Positions 1-9,900 of a stretch of DNA of 64,000 nt are shown here, piece after piece. The notes under the pieces are model-generated. The model saw only the letters and a program-made list of their open reading frames with translations. It was not told where the DNA came from and searched no databases. Within the stretch, counting starts at the first letter, position 1. Every line of letters starts with the position of its first letter. Position numbers and translations under genes: made by a program. This stretch comes from an uncultured delta proteobacterium (GTDB taxonomy: Bacteria > Myxococcota_A > Polyangia > Haliangiales > Haliangiaceae), in contig CAWKDB010000002.1 in assembly GCA_963848295.1 (NCBI GenBank), forward strand, positions 608,001-672,000, read 5' to 3'.

Positions 1-884
1 GCGCCGGCGCGGAGCTGTTCACCGGCGCGAAGATGACGCGCGTGATCGTCGAGGGTGGCCAGGCGCGCGGCATCGTCGCGCACACGCCGGAGGGCGCGAC
101 CCTGACGGTCCGCGCGCGCTCGGTGGTGATCGCCTGCGGCACGTTGCTGACGCCGCTCGTGCTCGGCGCACAGCACCTGGGCAACGCGAGCGGCCAGCTC
201 GGCAAGAACCTCTCGATCCATCCGGCGGCCGGCGCGCTCGCCGAGTTCGACGAACAGATCCTGCCGTGGAACGGCATCCCGCAGGGCTACGCGATCGAAG
301 ACCTGCACGACGAGGGCATCCTGTTCGAAGGCGCGATGGTGCCGCTCGAGCTGTCGATGAGCATGACCCAGCTGATCGGCCCCGAGCTCGTGCGACTCGC
401 CGAGAGCTTCGATCACGTCGCGAGCTTCGGCTTCATGGTCTCGGACACGTCCCGCGGTCAGGTCACCGAGCTGATGGGCCAGCCGGTGATCCGCTACTGG
501 CTGGGCGATGCGGACATCGCCCACATCAAGCGCGCGCTCGACGTGCTCGCCCAGATCTTCTTTGCGGCCGGCGCGCGTCGCGTCCACTTCCCGATCGCCG
601 GCTTCGACGTCATGAGCTCCCCCGCCGACCTCGCGGCGCTGCGCCGCTCGAAGGTCAACGCCTGGGATCTGGACCTCTCGGCGTATCACCCGCTCGGCAC
701 CGCGCGGATGGGGCGCGATCCGGGGAGCTCGGTCGTCGATGGCGACCACCAAGTGCACGATACCCGCGGGCTGTATGTCGTCGATGGCTCGGCGGTGCCG
801 TCCGCGCTCGGTGTCAACCCGCAGGTCACGATCATGGCGCTCGCGACGCGCGCCGCCGAGAAGATCGCGGCTCACCTCGGCTGA
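1..884 (+). CDS. GMC-family oxidoreductase, C-terminal part (truncated by window start)
   Basis: GMC C-terminal motifs AYHPLGTARMG, GLYVVDGS, GVNPQVTIMALA. Confidence 0.85.
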   Translation, partial: AGAELFTGAKMTRVIVEGGQARGIVAHTPEGATLTVRARSVVIACGTLLTPLVLGAQHLGNASGQLGKNLSIHPAAGALAEFDEQILPWNGIPQGYAIEDLHDEGILFEGAMVPLELSMSMTQLIGPELVRLAESFDHVASFGFMVSDTSRGQVTELMGQPVIRYWLGDADIAHIKRALDVLAQIFFAAGARRVHFPIAGFDVMSSPADLAALRRSKVNAWDLDLSAYHPLGTARMGRDPGSSVVDGDHQVHDTRGLYVVDGSAVPSALGVNPQVTIMALATRAAEKIAAHLG

Positions 885-885
885 G

Positions 886-946
886 TCACGGATTTCTGAG
901 AGGCGCGCTCGGGTTTCCGCGCGGTTGCGCCGGCACGGCTCGTGCT
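886..946 (+). promoter_or_regulatory. Putative sigma54 promoter (931-946) with upstream activator-like box (886-902), copy 1
   Basis: CGGCACGGCTCGTGCT fits GG-N10-GC; TCACGGATTTCTGAGAG starts 45 nt upstream; both repeated at identical spacing before the paralog. Confidence 0.65.
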
Positions 947-958
947 GTGCACCAGGCC

Positions 959-1501
959 GTGCGCACCCTCGCCCTCGCCGTCGTCGCGTCCCTCGCAACC
1001 ACCGCCGGCGCGAGCCCGTTCACCGTGGGTGTCGCGGGCGGGTGGACGCAAAGCGCGAGTGACTCGAGCTCGGCCCCGAACGACGATTGGCAGCTGTGGG
1101 CCCGGCTCCATGTCTGGCGCGCCCTGTCGACCCAGCTCGAGTGGCACAAGCTAGACAACGACAACGCGGTCGCGATGGGCACGGTCAACGCGATCGCGAT
1201 CCTCGACCTGATGCACGGCCAGTGGGTCCCGTTCGTGCTCGCCGGCGTCGGCGTCGATTACGGAGAGAACACGAGCGCGGCGGGCAATGGCGCGGACGTC
1301 GCGGCCGGCGTCGGGTTCGAGTACCGCAGCCCGGGCGGCGTCGTCGTCGGGATCGATGCGCGGATCGGCACGCGCGCGGTCAGCCAACCGGAATACGCTA
1401 CCCCGATATGCAACTTCTGCGCGTTCCAGGCGCCGCCCGACCTCGCGCTGGCCAACGGTGAATACCGCGCGGTCCGGCTCGCGGTCGGGCTTCACTTCTA
1501 G
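959..1501 (+). CDS. Secreted outer-membrane beta-barrel-like protein, paralog 1
   Basis: GTG start, signal peptide, alternating beta-strand pattern, C-terminal ...AVGLHF; homologous to 1601-2149. Confidence 0.7.
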   Translation: MRTLALAVVASLATTAGASPFTVGVAGGWTQSASDSSSAPNDDWQLWARLHVWRALSTQLEWHKLDNDNAVAMGTVNAIAILDLMHGQWVPFVLAGVGVDYGENTSAAGNGADVAAGVGFEYRSPGGVVVGIDARIGTRAVSQPEYATPICNFCAFQAPPDLALANGEYRAVRLAVGLHF

Positions 1502-1527
1502 TCAGCGGTCGTTCGCACGTCTAGCGC

Positions 1528-1588
1528 TCACGGATTTCTGAGAGCGCGCGACCCGATCCCCGCGGCTTACGCCGGCACGAGTCGTGCT
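1528..1588 (+). promoter_or_regulatory. Putative sigma54 promoter (1573-1588) with upstream activator-like box (1528-1544), copy 2
   Basis: CGGCACGAGTCGTGCT fits GG-N10-GC; identical TCACGGATTTCTGAGAG box 45 nt upstream. Confidence 0.65.
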
Positions 1589-1600
1589 GAGTGCGACTCC

Positions 1601-2149
1601 ATGATCGGGACAAGACTCCTCGCTTCGACGGTCGCTGCGGTGTCCGCCGTCTCGGCGGTCGCCACCGCGAGCCCTTTCTCCGCCGGCGCCAGCATCGGCC
1701 GCGCGCAGAGCGCTGATGACTCCGACAACACCGACCCGAACACGACGTGGGGCCTGTGGGGTCGGATGCGCGTGGCCGGGCTCTTGTCGACTCAGGTCGA
1801 GCTCTACAAATACGACAACGTCGACGGTGCGGCGATGGGCACGTTGAACGGCGTCGCGATCGTCGACTTGAGACGGCACGGGCACTTGATTCCGATCGCG
1901 CTCGCCGGGGTCGGCGTCGACTGGACCAACGGCGACCAGAGCGGGTTCGACGTCGCGGCCGGCGTCGGGCTCGAATATCGGGCCGATGGCGGGTTCATCG
2001 TCGGGCTCGACGCGCGGCTCGGCACGCGCTCGGTGTCGTCGCCGGATGAGCCGACCGGCTGTAACGAGTGTCTGTACGCCGTCGCGCCAACCGACTTCCG
2101 CGGCGGCGAGTACCGCGCGGTCCGCCTCGCGGTCGGCGTGCATTTCTGA
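1601..2149 (+). CDS. Secreted outer-membrane beta-barrel-like protein, paralog 2
   Basis: Signal peptide, beta-strand pattern, C-terminal ...AVGVHF; shares ASPF, AMGT.N..AI.DL, DVAAGVG.EYR, GEYRAVRLAVG with paralog 1. Confidence 0.72.
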   Translation: MIGTRLLASTVAAVSAVSAVATASPFSAGASIGRAQSADDSDNTDPNTTWGLWGRMRVAGLLSTQVELYKYDNVDGAAMGTLNGVAIVDLRRHGHLIPIALAGVGVDWTNGDQSGFDVAAGVGLEYRADGGFIVGLDARLGTRSVSSPDEPTGCNECLYAVAPTDFRGGEYRAVRLAVGVHF

Positions 2150-2177
2150 TCCGGCGCGCATGTCAGCGCTTTCGCGT

Positions 2178-2213
2178 CGGCCACGGTAACGGCAACGGCG
2201 TCGGCTCCGGCGC
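2178..2213. repeat. Short CGG(C/T)NN hexamer tandem array (6 units)
   Basis: cggcca cggtaa cggcaa cggcgt cggctc cggcgc. Confidence 0.6.
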
Positions 2214-2259
2214 GTTTGAGTCCGGTAAAGGGTGCCGGAATCATCGTCGGCGGGCGCGC

Positions 2260-2580
2260 TCACCGCGTGAGCCGGAACAGCATCGCGCGCACGCGATCGA
2301 GCGGCGCCTCGATCGCGGCGAAGTCGTCGGCGGAGATGTAGCCGCGCGCCTTCGCGATGAGCAGCGCCGCGGACAGCTCGCGCGCGCTGCCGAAGGCGCG
2401 GCGGAACATGTCGGGCCGGTCGAGCCCCGCGCGCGCGCTCGCCTCGGCGATGTTGAGAGCCACGCTCTCGGCGGCGCGGCCGATCTCGTCGGCGAGCGAC
2501 TTCCGGCGCGAGCGCAGTTTCGGCTCGACCGGGGCGAGCTGTTCGAGGACGGTGAGCGACTGGGCGAGGACGTCGAGCAT
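2260..2580 (-). CDS. Four-helix-bundle protein (23S rRNA IVP / TIGR02436 / Avd-like family), copy A
   Basis: 106 aa; family motif [12 protein letters not shown]...R....F..A.GSA.E; paralog of 3464-3787. Confidence 0.85.
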   Translation of the reverse strand: MLDVLAQSLTVLEQLAPVEPKLRSRRKSLADEIGRAAESVALNIAEASARAGLDRPDMFRRAFGSARELSAALLIAKARGYISADDFAAIEAPLDRVRAMLFRLTR

Positions 2581-2609
2581 GGCGTGGCCTTTCGTGGATG
2601 AGCGGACGC

Positions 2610-2794
2610 CCGATTCGCCGGGGCCGTCTCGCCCGTCGCGCCGCACTCGCGCCGGCGCCGTGACGAGCGCGGGCACCCAACACCGCACACCCCGTCGATC
2701 CAACTCTGCGGCGGTGCTTCGCATGCGTCGGTAGTCCCGGCGCTCGGCGCGGCGCTGGCGCGAAGCGGCGCAGGGCGACGGCCCCGGCGATCGG
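2610..2794 (-). ncRNA. Candidate structured RNA / long hairpin in the 5' leader of four-helix-bundle gene A
   Basis: Extended imperfect inverted repeat; core homologous to 3246-3442 with compensatory changes in the stems. Confidence 0.55.
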
Positions 2795-2817
2795 AAGCCG
2801 CGAGGCGCGAAAGGTGG

Positions 2818-3219
2818 CGGCGTCGGCCTCGGCCTCGGCCTCGGCATCGGCCTCGGCGACGGCTGCGGCTCCGGCTGCGGCGTCGGCTGCGGCTCCGGCT
2901 TCCGCACCGGCTTCGGCTGCGGCGTCGGCTGCGGCTCCGGCTTCCGCACCGGCTGCGGCTGCGGCTTCGGCTGCGGCTCCGGCTTCCGCACCGGCTTCGG
3001 CTGCGGCTTCGGCTGCGGCTCCGGCTTCCGCACCGGCTTCGGCGTCGGCTGCGGCTCCGGCTTCCGCACCGGCTGCGGCTGCGGCTTCGGCTGCGGCTCC
3101 GGCTTCCGCACCGGCTGCGGCTGCGGCTTCGGCTGCGGCTCCGGCTTCCGCACCGGCTGCGGCTGCGGCTTCGGCTTCGGCTCCGGCTTCCGCACCGGCT
3201 TCGGCTTCGGCGTCGGCTT
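2818..3219. repeat. CGGCNN hexamer array (67 units) with higher-order 42-nt periodicity
   Basis: 402 nt in 6-nt phase; variant CCGCAC unit recurs at 2902, 2944, 2986, 3028, 3064, 3106, 3148, 3190. Confidence 0.95.
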
Positions 3220-3245
3220 TAGACCCTCGATCCTCCTTCGCTCTC

Positions 3246-3442
3246 GCCGATGGGCGGAACGTCTCTCTCGCCCTGCGCCGCTTCGCGCTTGTCCCGCGCC
3301 GAGCGCCGAGTGCGCCGGCGCCTGCGATCGATCGCCGCGGAGTTGATCGGCCGGCGATTGCGGTGGTCAGCGCCCGCGCTCGTCACGGGACCCGCGCGAG
3401 TGCGGCGCGACGGGCGAGAGAGAGACGTTCCTACCCATCGGC
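3246..3442 (+). ncRNA. Candidate structured RNA / long hairpin in the 5' leader of four-helix-bundle gene B
   Basis: GCCGATGGG..GGAACGTCTCTCTCGCCC pairs with GGGCGAGAGAGAGACGTTCC..CCCATCGGC; inner stems shared with 2610-2794; followed by GGAGGA RBS and ATG 3464. Confidence 0.55.
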
Positions 3443-3463
3443 CACTCACTTCGGAGGATCTTC

Positions 3464-3787
3464 ATGTCGTTCTACGCCCTCGACTTCGCCCTCGCCGTCC
3501 TGCACCAGCTCGCCCCGATCGAGGCCAAGGTCCGCCGCGCGCGCAAGTCACTCGCCGACGAGATCGTCCGCGCCGGCGAGAGCGTCGCGCTCAACCTCAG
3601 CGAGGGCCGCATGCGTGTCGGGCTCGATCGCCCCGACTTCTATCGCCGCGCCGCCGGCAGCGCGAGCGAGCTCACGACGGCGCTGCTCATCGCCCAGGCG
3701 CGCGGCATCATCTCCGCCGAGGACTTCGCCGCGGTCGACGAGCCGCTCGATCACGTCCGCGCGATCCTCTGGCGCCTCACCCACTAG
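3464..3787 (+). CDS. Four-helix-bundle protein (23S rRNA IVP / TIGR02436 / Avd-like family), copy B
   Basis: 107 aa; RAGESVALNLSEG..R....FY..A.GSASE; strong RBS GGAGGA. Confidence 0.87.
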   Translation: MSFYALDFALAVLHQLAPIEAKVRRARKSLADEIVRAGESVALNLSEGRMRVGLDRPDFYRRAAGSASELTTALLIAQARGIISAEDFAAVDEPLDHVRAILWRLTH

Positions 3788-3943
3788 CGTTCGCGCCGGC
3801 CACACTGACTTGGCACCTGTCGCGCGAAGCAAACGACAGCCCGAAGAGCGGTGCACGGCGTAAGCGGGGTGTCAGCACCAGAAGGCCGCGCTGTCTACAG
3901 GATCGCGACGTATGGGTCAGCGATGTCTTGAGCACTTCCGAAG

Positions 3944-4224
3944 CGGTTGCGGCTTCGGCTTCGGCGGCGGCGACGGCTTCGGCCACGGCTACGGCTTCGG
4001 CGGCGGCGGCGACGGCTTCGGCCACGGCTACGGCCACGGCTTCGGCCTCGGCTTCGGCCACGGCTTCGGCTTCGGCGGCGGCGGCGACGGCTTCGGCCAC
4101 GGCTACGGCTTCGGCCACGGCTTCGGCTACGGCTTCGGCTGCGGCTACGGCTTCGGCTTCGGCTTCGGCTGCGGCTTCGGCTTCGGCGACCGCGACGGCT
4201 TGCGGCTTCGGCGACGGCTTCGGC
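3944..4224. repeat. CGGCNN hexamer array (CGGCTT/CGGCCA/CGGCTA/CGGCGG mix)
   Basis: Directly visible tandem units between gene B and the kinase stop codon. Confidence 0.95.
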
Positions 4225-4233
4225 AGAGTCGGG

Positions 4234-5808
<1,575 letters not shown>

Positions 5809-5877
5809 CCCAAGCCAAATTCTCGCAGAACCATCGGTGATTCGCACCTATGTTTCGAGGTTTTAAGCGGCATCCGG

Positions 5878-6315
5878 TCAGCACTTCGCGAGCAGGATCA
5901 CGAGCAACAGGATCGCGATGGCGCCCGATACCGCTGGGACTACCCAGACCGGGCGCGCGCGCTCGATCGGCGGTGGCGGCAGCCCGGCGATCGCGTCGTC
6001 ATCGCCGACAAACAGCCGGACTCGTGGCCCGCCGGGTCCGAACTCGACCTTGACCGGCACGTTGTGCGCGACTGCCGATTCGGTGATCCGTGTGCCCTCG
6101 ACGTACGTGCCGTTGGAGCTGCCGAGATCGACGAGCACCCAGCCCGACTCGAGCGCTCGCAGCTCGGCGTGACGCGAGCTCGCGTCGATGTCGCGGTGGG
6201 GATCGAACGACACTTCGCAGTCCGGATGGCGGCCAAATCGGACGCGCTCCCCCTCGCCGAACTCCTGACGTTGTCCGCGCCGGCTTCCCGCAACGTGGTC
6301 GATGACGACCCGCAC
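5878..6315 (-). CDS. FHA-domain membrane protein
   Basis: FGR, SSRHA, DLGSSNGT motifs; C-terminal TM. Confidence 0.88.
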   Translation of the reverse strand: MRVVIDHVAGSRRGQRQEFGEGERVRFGRHPDCEVSFDPHRDIDASSRHAELRALESGWVLVDLGSSNGTYVEGTRITESAVAHNVPVKVEFGPGGPRVRLFVGDDDAIAGLPPPPIERARPVWVVPAVSGAIAILLLVILLAKC

Positions 6316-6324
6316 GCCATGATG

Positions 6325-7450
6325 TTACCTCCCGCCGACCACCCAAGCGATCCCACACGCCACCACGCCGGCCACGACGTACCACCACCAGGTGATTCGG
6401 CTGGCCACGAGCTTGTGAGCCGGACCATCGAAATCAGCGATCGGCAGCGCGGTCGCGGGCACGCGAATGCCGATGCGGGATCGCAGGATCGCGTGCTGGC
6501 CGGTGACCGGGATCGACGGCGGGATCGTCGTCGTCGTCAGTCCGATCCGCGCGGCGAGCCGGCTCGCGACGTGCGAGGTCTCGGTCATCGCCGGATCGCC
6601 CTCTTTTTGCGGGTCGAACTCTTTGAACGTCGGAAGATCGTCATCGCCGTCGGGTGGGCGCAGCCGATCGCCACTGACCTCGGCGACGACCGCGGTGATG
6701 TTGTCGTTGCCACCGGCCGCGCGCGCCGCGGTGACGAGCAGCATGACCGCCTCGGCGACCGTGTGCGGCTCGGACATCAGCAGGTTGATCGCCGGATCGC
6801 CGACCAGGCCGTGCAAGCCGTCGCTGCACAGCAAGATCCGGTCGCCGCGCGCGGAGCTCGAGGATCGACAGCGACGGATCGACGTCCTCGCCGACCCCGA
6901 GCGCCTGCAAGATCGCGTTGCCGGCCCCCGCGGCCTCGAGCGGGCTGTGCCCCGCGGCGACGAGGGCCTGGGCGAGCGACTGATCGCGCGTGACCTGCAC
7001 CAGCACGCCGGACCGCAACACGTACGCCCGGGAGTCGCCGATCGTGGCGATGATCAGCTTGGTGCCGACGACGCCGGCCGCGGACAACGTCGTCCCCATG
7101 CCGCGCAGGCCGGGCTCGCGCCTGCCGACCGCGTGGACGTCGTGGTTCGCGACTCGTGCAGCGCGGCGCAGCAAGCGCGCGAACACCTCGGCGTCGCGCG
7201 TCGCGGGGGTCGCGCGCATCTCGCGCCACACCGACTTTGCCGCGAGCTCGGACGCGACCTCGCCGCCCACGACGCCCCCCATGCCGTCGCACACGACGAG
7301 CAGCGGGCCGCGCACGGCTTCGGAGTGCCACGACCCGAGCATCTCGACGACGCGATCGCCATCGAGGTCACCGACCAGGAGATGATCCTCGTTGTGCTCG
7401 CGGACCTCACCGACATCGGTGGCTCCCGCGACCGCGACCCGCAGCGTCAC
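6325..7450 (-). CDS. PP2C/PPM-family Ser/Thr phosphatase (frameshift near 6850)
   Basis: TDVG..REHNED, VCDGMGG, MGTT, GDSRAY in one frame; LCSDGL, GGNDNIT in the next. Confidence 0.88.
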
Positions 7451-8724
7451 CGCAGCTCGATCCGCAACAACTGATCGCCGAGCCGGATGTGATCGCCGTG
7501 CTTGAGCGCGGTTGGCACTTGAACGCGAACGAACGTGCCGTTCGAGCTCCCGAGGTCGGTCAGCTGACAGGTCTTGCCGTTCCAGTTGAGCGCGGCGTGG
7601 CGGCGCGACATGAATGCGTCGTCGCGATAGACGATGTCGCCGTCTTCGCGGCCGAGGACGATCTCCTCGCCGAACAGGTGCCGGACGTCGCGGTGACCGC
7701 CGGACGGGATGATCTGCAGCACGCGGCCCCACGGCTCGCGCGGGGGCGATCCGAACAGCGCGACGCCATGGCGGATCAGCGGATGCACGGTGCGCTCCTC
7801 GGCGGAGACCCGCTCGAACCGCAACACCTCGCGGCCGACGAGGAACGTCGCGCCATCGACGAGCTCGACCGGGACATCGGCCTTGCGGAACACGCCGTTC
7901 AACGTGTCGAGCGGATGCACGCGCACGACGCCGTCGGCTCGCTCGATCCGCGCGTGCTGGCGCGCGAGGAACCGATCGTCGTCGAACGCGATGTCGGCGC
8001 CGTTGCGGCCGAGCACGGTGTCGTCGGAGACGAGCGCGAAGCGTTGGCCGTCACTGCCGTCGCGGTTGACGAGCACGGCGCTGCCCCACTGTCCGACGGC
8101 CGGACCGGGCGCGATCGCCGGCCCCGACGTGCGCACGGCCGCGGCGGCGCGCGGCTGATCCGGCTGCGCGAGCGTGCCGGCATGAGGATCGATGCCGCCG
8201 GAAACCGCGACGAGCTGCGCCGGCGGCGGCGATGCCGATGGCGTGCGCGGTCGCGCGGCGGTGCCACCCGGATCGGTCGGAGCGATCCCCTGCATGTGCA
8301 GGCCGCACTGCTGGCAATACGCGAACCCGACCGGCGTCGACGTGCCGCAGCGCGGGCACGTGATCATCGCGTTGCTCGACGGCCGCGGCGTTGCGACGAC
8401 GACCGGCGGCGGTCCGATCGCGGGCGCCGACATCGGTGGTGGTGGCATCAACGGCGCACCGCCCTGGATCATCGGCGAGCTGCCCAGCGGCGCGCCCATC
8501 ATCGGAGCGCCGCCGGCCATGGCAGGTGATCCGGGCGTCGTCTGGCCCAGGCTCGTGCCACACGATCGGCAGAACTTCATGCCGAGCGGGTTCTCGCCGC
8601 GACACACCGAGCAGATCACGGGCAACCCCGAGGCTGCGACGGGAGTCTGCGCCAGAGCACTGCCGCAGTTGAGGCAGAACGACGACCCAGGTGGGCTTTC
8701 GTGGCCACAGACAGAACAGCGCAT
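7447..8724 (-). CDS. Zinc-ribbon repeat + double FHA-domain protein
   Basis: Three CxxC..CxxC ribbons; two FHA domains (LGR..ARQHA..NGVF; LGR..SRRHA..DLGSSNGT). Confidence 0.9.
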   Translation of the reverse strand: MRCSVCGHESPPGSSFCLNCGSALAQTPVAASGLPVICSVCRGENPLGMKFCRSCGTSLGQTTPGSPAMAGGAPMMGAPLGSSPMIQGGAPLMPPPPMSAPAIGPPPVVVATPRPSSNAMITCPRCGTSTPVGFAYCQQCGLHMQGIAPTDPGGTAARPRTPSASPPPAQLVAVSGGIDPHAGTLAQPDQPRAAAAVRTSGPAIAPGPAVGQWGSAVLVNRDGSDGQRFALVSDDTVLGRNGADIAFDDDRFLARQHARIERADGVVRVHPLDTLNGVFRKADVPVELVDGATFLVGREVLRFERVSAEERTVHPLIRHGVALFGSPPREPWGRVLQIIPSGGHRDVRHLFGEEIVLGREDGDIVYRDDAFMSRRHAALNWNGKTCQLTDLGSSNGTFVRVQVPTALKHGDHIRLGDQLLRIELR

Positions 8725-8850
8725 CAAACCCCTCTGTCCGTGAGTCTCGCAGCAAGGCCGACGATCGGGAATGGCGCTGGGCCGGTTCTTGGTGCCCGGG
8801 TTTGCAACGCCCGGAGCGACTTGCTAAGACGGCTCCGGCCCGTGGCGCGC

Positions 8851-9900
8851 ATGTTCTCGACGCTGTTGATCGCGATCGCGCTGGCGGCAGGCTCGGGGTG
8901 CGTCGACACCGCGATTCGCACCGCCCCGTTCCGCGTCCGGCCCGACGCCGCCGAGCCGGGCTCGCTGCGCGGTCCGTTTACCGGCCGGGTCGTCGACGGC
9001 ACGACGCACGCGCCGATCGCCGGCGCGCTGGTCTATGCCGCCTGGGCGCTCGAGCGCGGCAGCGCGCTGGTCGAGCCGGCCGGTGCGCGCGAATTCGTCG
9101 GGTCCACCGACGCCGGCGGCAACTACAAGGTGCCGGTGATCGCGGCCCTGCCCGCCGGCGCCCGGATCGCCGACTTCACCATCCTCATCTACAAGCGCGG
9201 GTTCGTGGCCTATCGTAGCGATCGCCGGTTCACCGACCTCGGGCCGCGGATGGACTTCGCCCAGACCGATAACCAAGTCCTGCTCGAGCGCTGGCGCAAC
9301 GAGCTGTCGCACGCGCGTCACCTGCGGTTTGTCGGCGGCGGCACGGCGGTCGCCGCGCTGACCAGCTGGGAGCTGTCCGACGCGAGCGCGGAGCTCGAGG
9401 GCAAGCGCGCGAGCATCGACGACGTCCGCCCCGGTCGTGGCGAAGGACCGTTCATCGTCGCGGCGCAGCTGTTGACCGAAGCGGACATCAAGAAGCGCAC
9501 GAAGTACGACGGCGTGTTCGAGACCGGCCCCTTGTCCGACGAGCCCGACACGGCGACGTACTCGTCGCAGCACTTCAAAGCCCTCGCGCGGCCCGAGACC
9601 TGGGACGTCGCGCTCCGGGTGTGGCGGCTCGATCCGGTCAAGGCGCAGGAGCAATACGACGGCTTGCTCGGATCGCTGCCCGGCGTCGCCGAGAAGGACG
9701 ACATCGCCAGCCGATCGTTCCTGGCGAGCGAGACCGATATTCGCGGCATCGGCTTCGTCGATGTCCCGCACGGCGTGGTCGTGCTCTTGACGTGCGGCAC
9801 GAGCCAGTGCGTCACCGCCGACGACGCGACGTCGCTCGCGAACACGGTGTACGCGCGGCTCAAGCAGATGATGCCGGCGCCCGGGAGCTCGAAGCCGTGA
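8851..9900 (+). CDS. Putative lipoprotein with carboxypeptidase-regulatory-like N-terminal domain
   Basis: Lipobox-like AGSGC; GRVVD..T..PIAGA.V motif. Confidence 0.6.
   Translation: MFSTLLIAIALAAGSGCVDTAIRTAPFRVRPDAAEPGSLRGPFTGRVVDGTTHAPIAGALVYAAWALERGSALVEPAGAREFVGSTDAGGNYKVPVIAALPAGARIADFTILIYKRGFVAYRSDRRFTDLGPRMDFAQTDNQVLLERWRNELSHARHLRFVGGGTAVAALTSWELSDASAELEGKRASIDDVRPGRGEGPFIVAAQLLTEADIKKRTKYDGVFETGPLSDEPDTATYSSQHFKALARPETWDVALRVWRLDPVKAQEQYDGLLGSLPGVAEKDDIASRSFLASETDIRGIGFVDVPHGVVVLLTCGTSQCVTADDATSLANTVYARLKQMMPAPGSSKP

Noticed and set aside
2260..3195. 311-aa Pro-rich fusion ORF, and poly-Ala/Gly/Arg ORFs over 2814-4631
   Set aside because: These are open frames produced by stop-free repeats. 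The paralog starts at its own RBS/ATG, and the intervening DNA is conserved as a hairpin rather than as codons.
2818..3219. CRISPR array (42-nt periodicity)
   Set aside because: There are no unique spacers, the whole tract is hexamer repeats, and no cas genes are present.
959..3787. Diversity-generating retroelement (Avd-like genes plus paralogous 3' ends as TR/VR)
   Set aside because: No reverse transcriptase is present, and differences between the paralog 3' ends are mostly third-position changes, not adenine-specific.
2260..3787. 23S rRNA intervening sequence
   Set aside because: No rRNA sequence flanks the genes.
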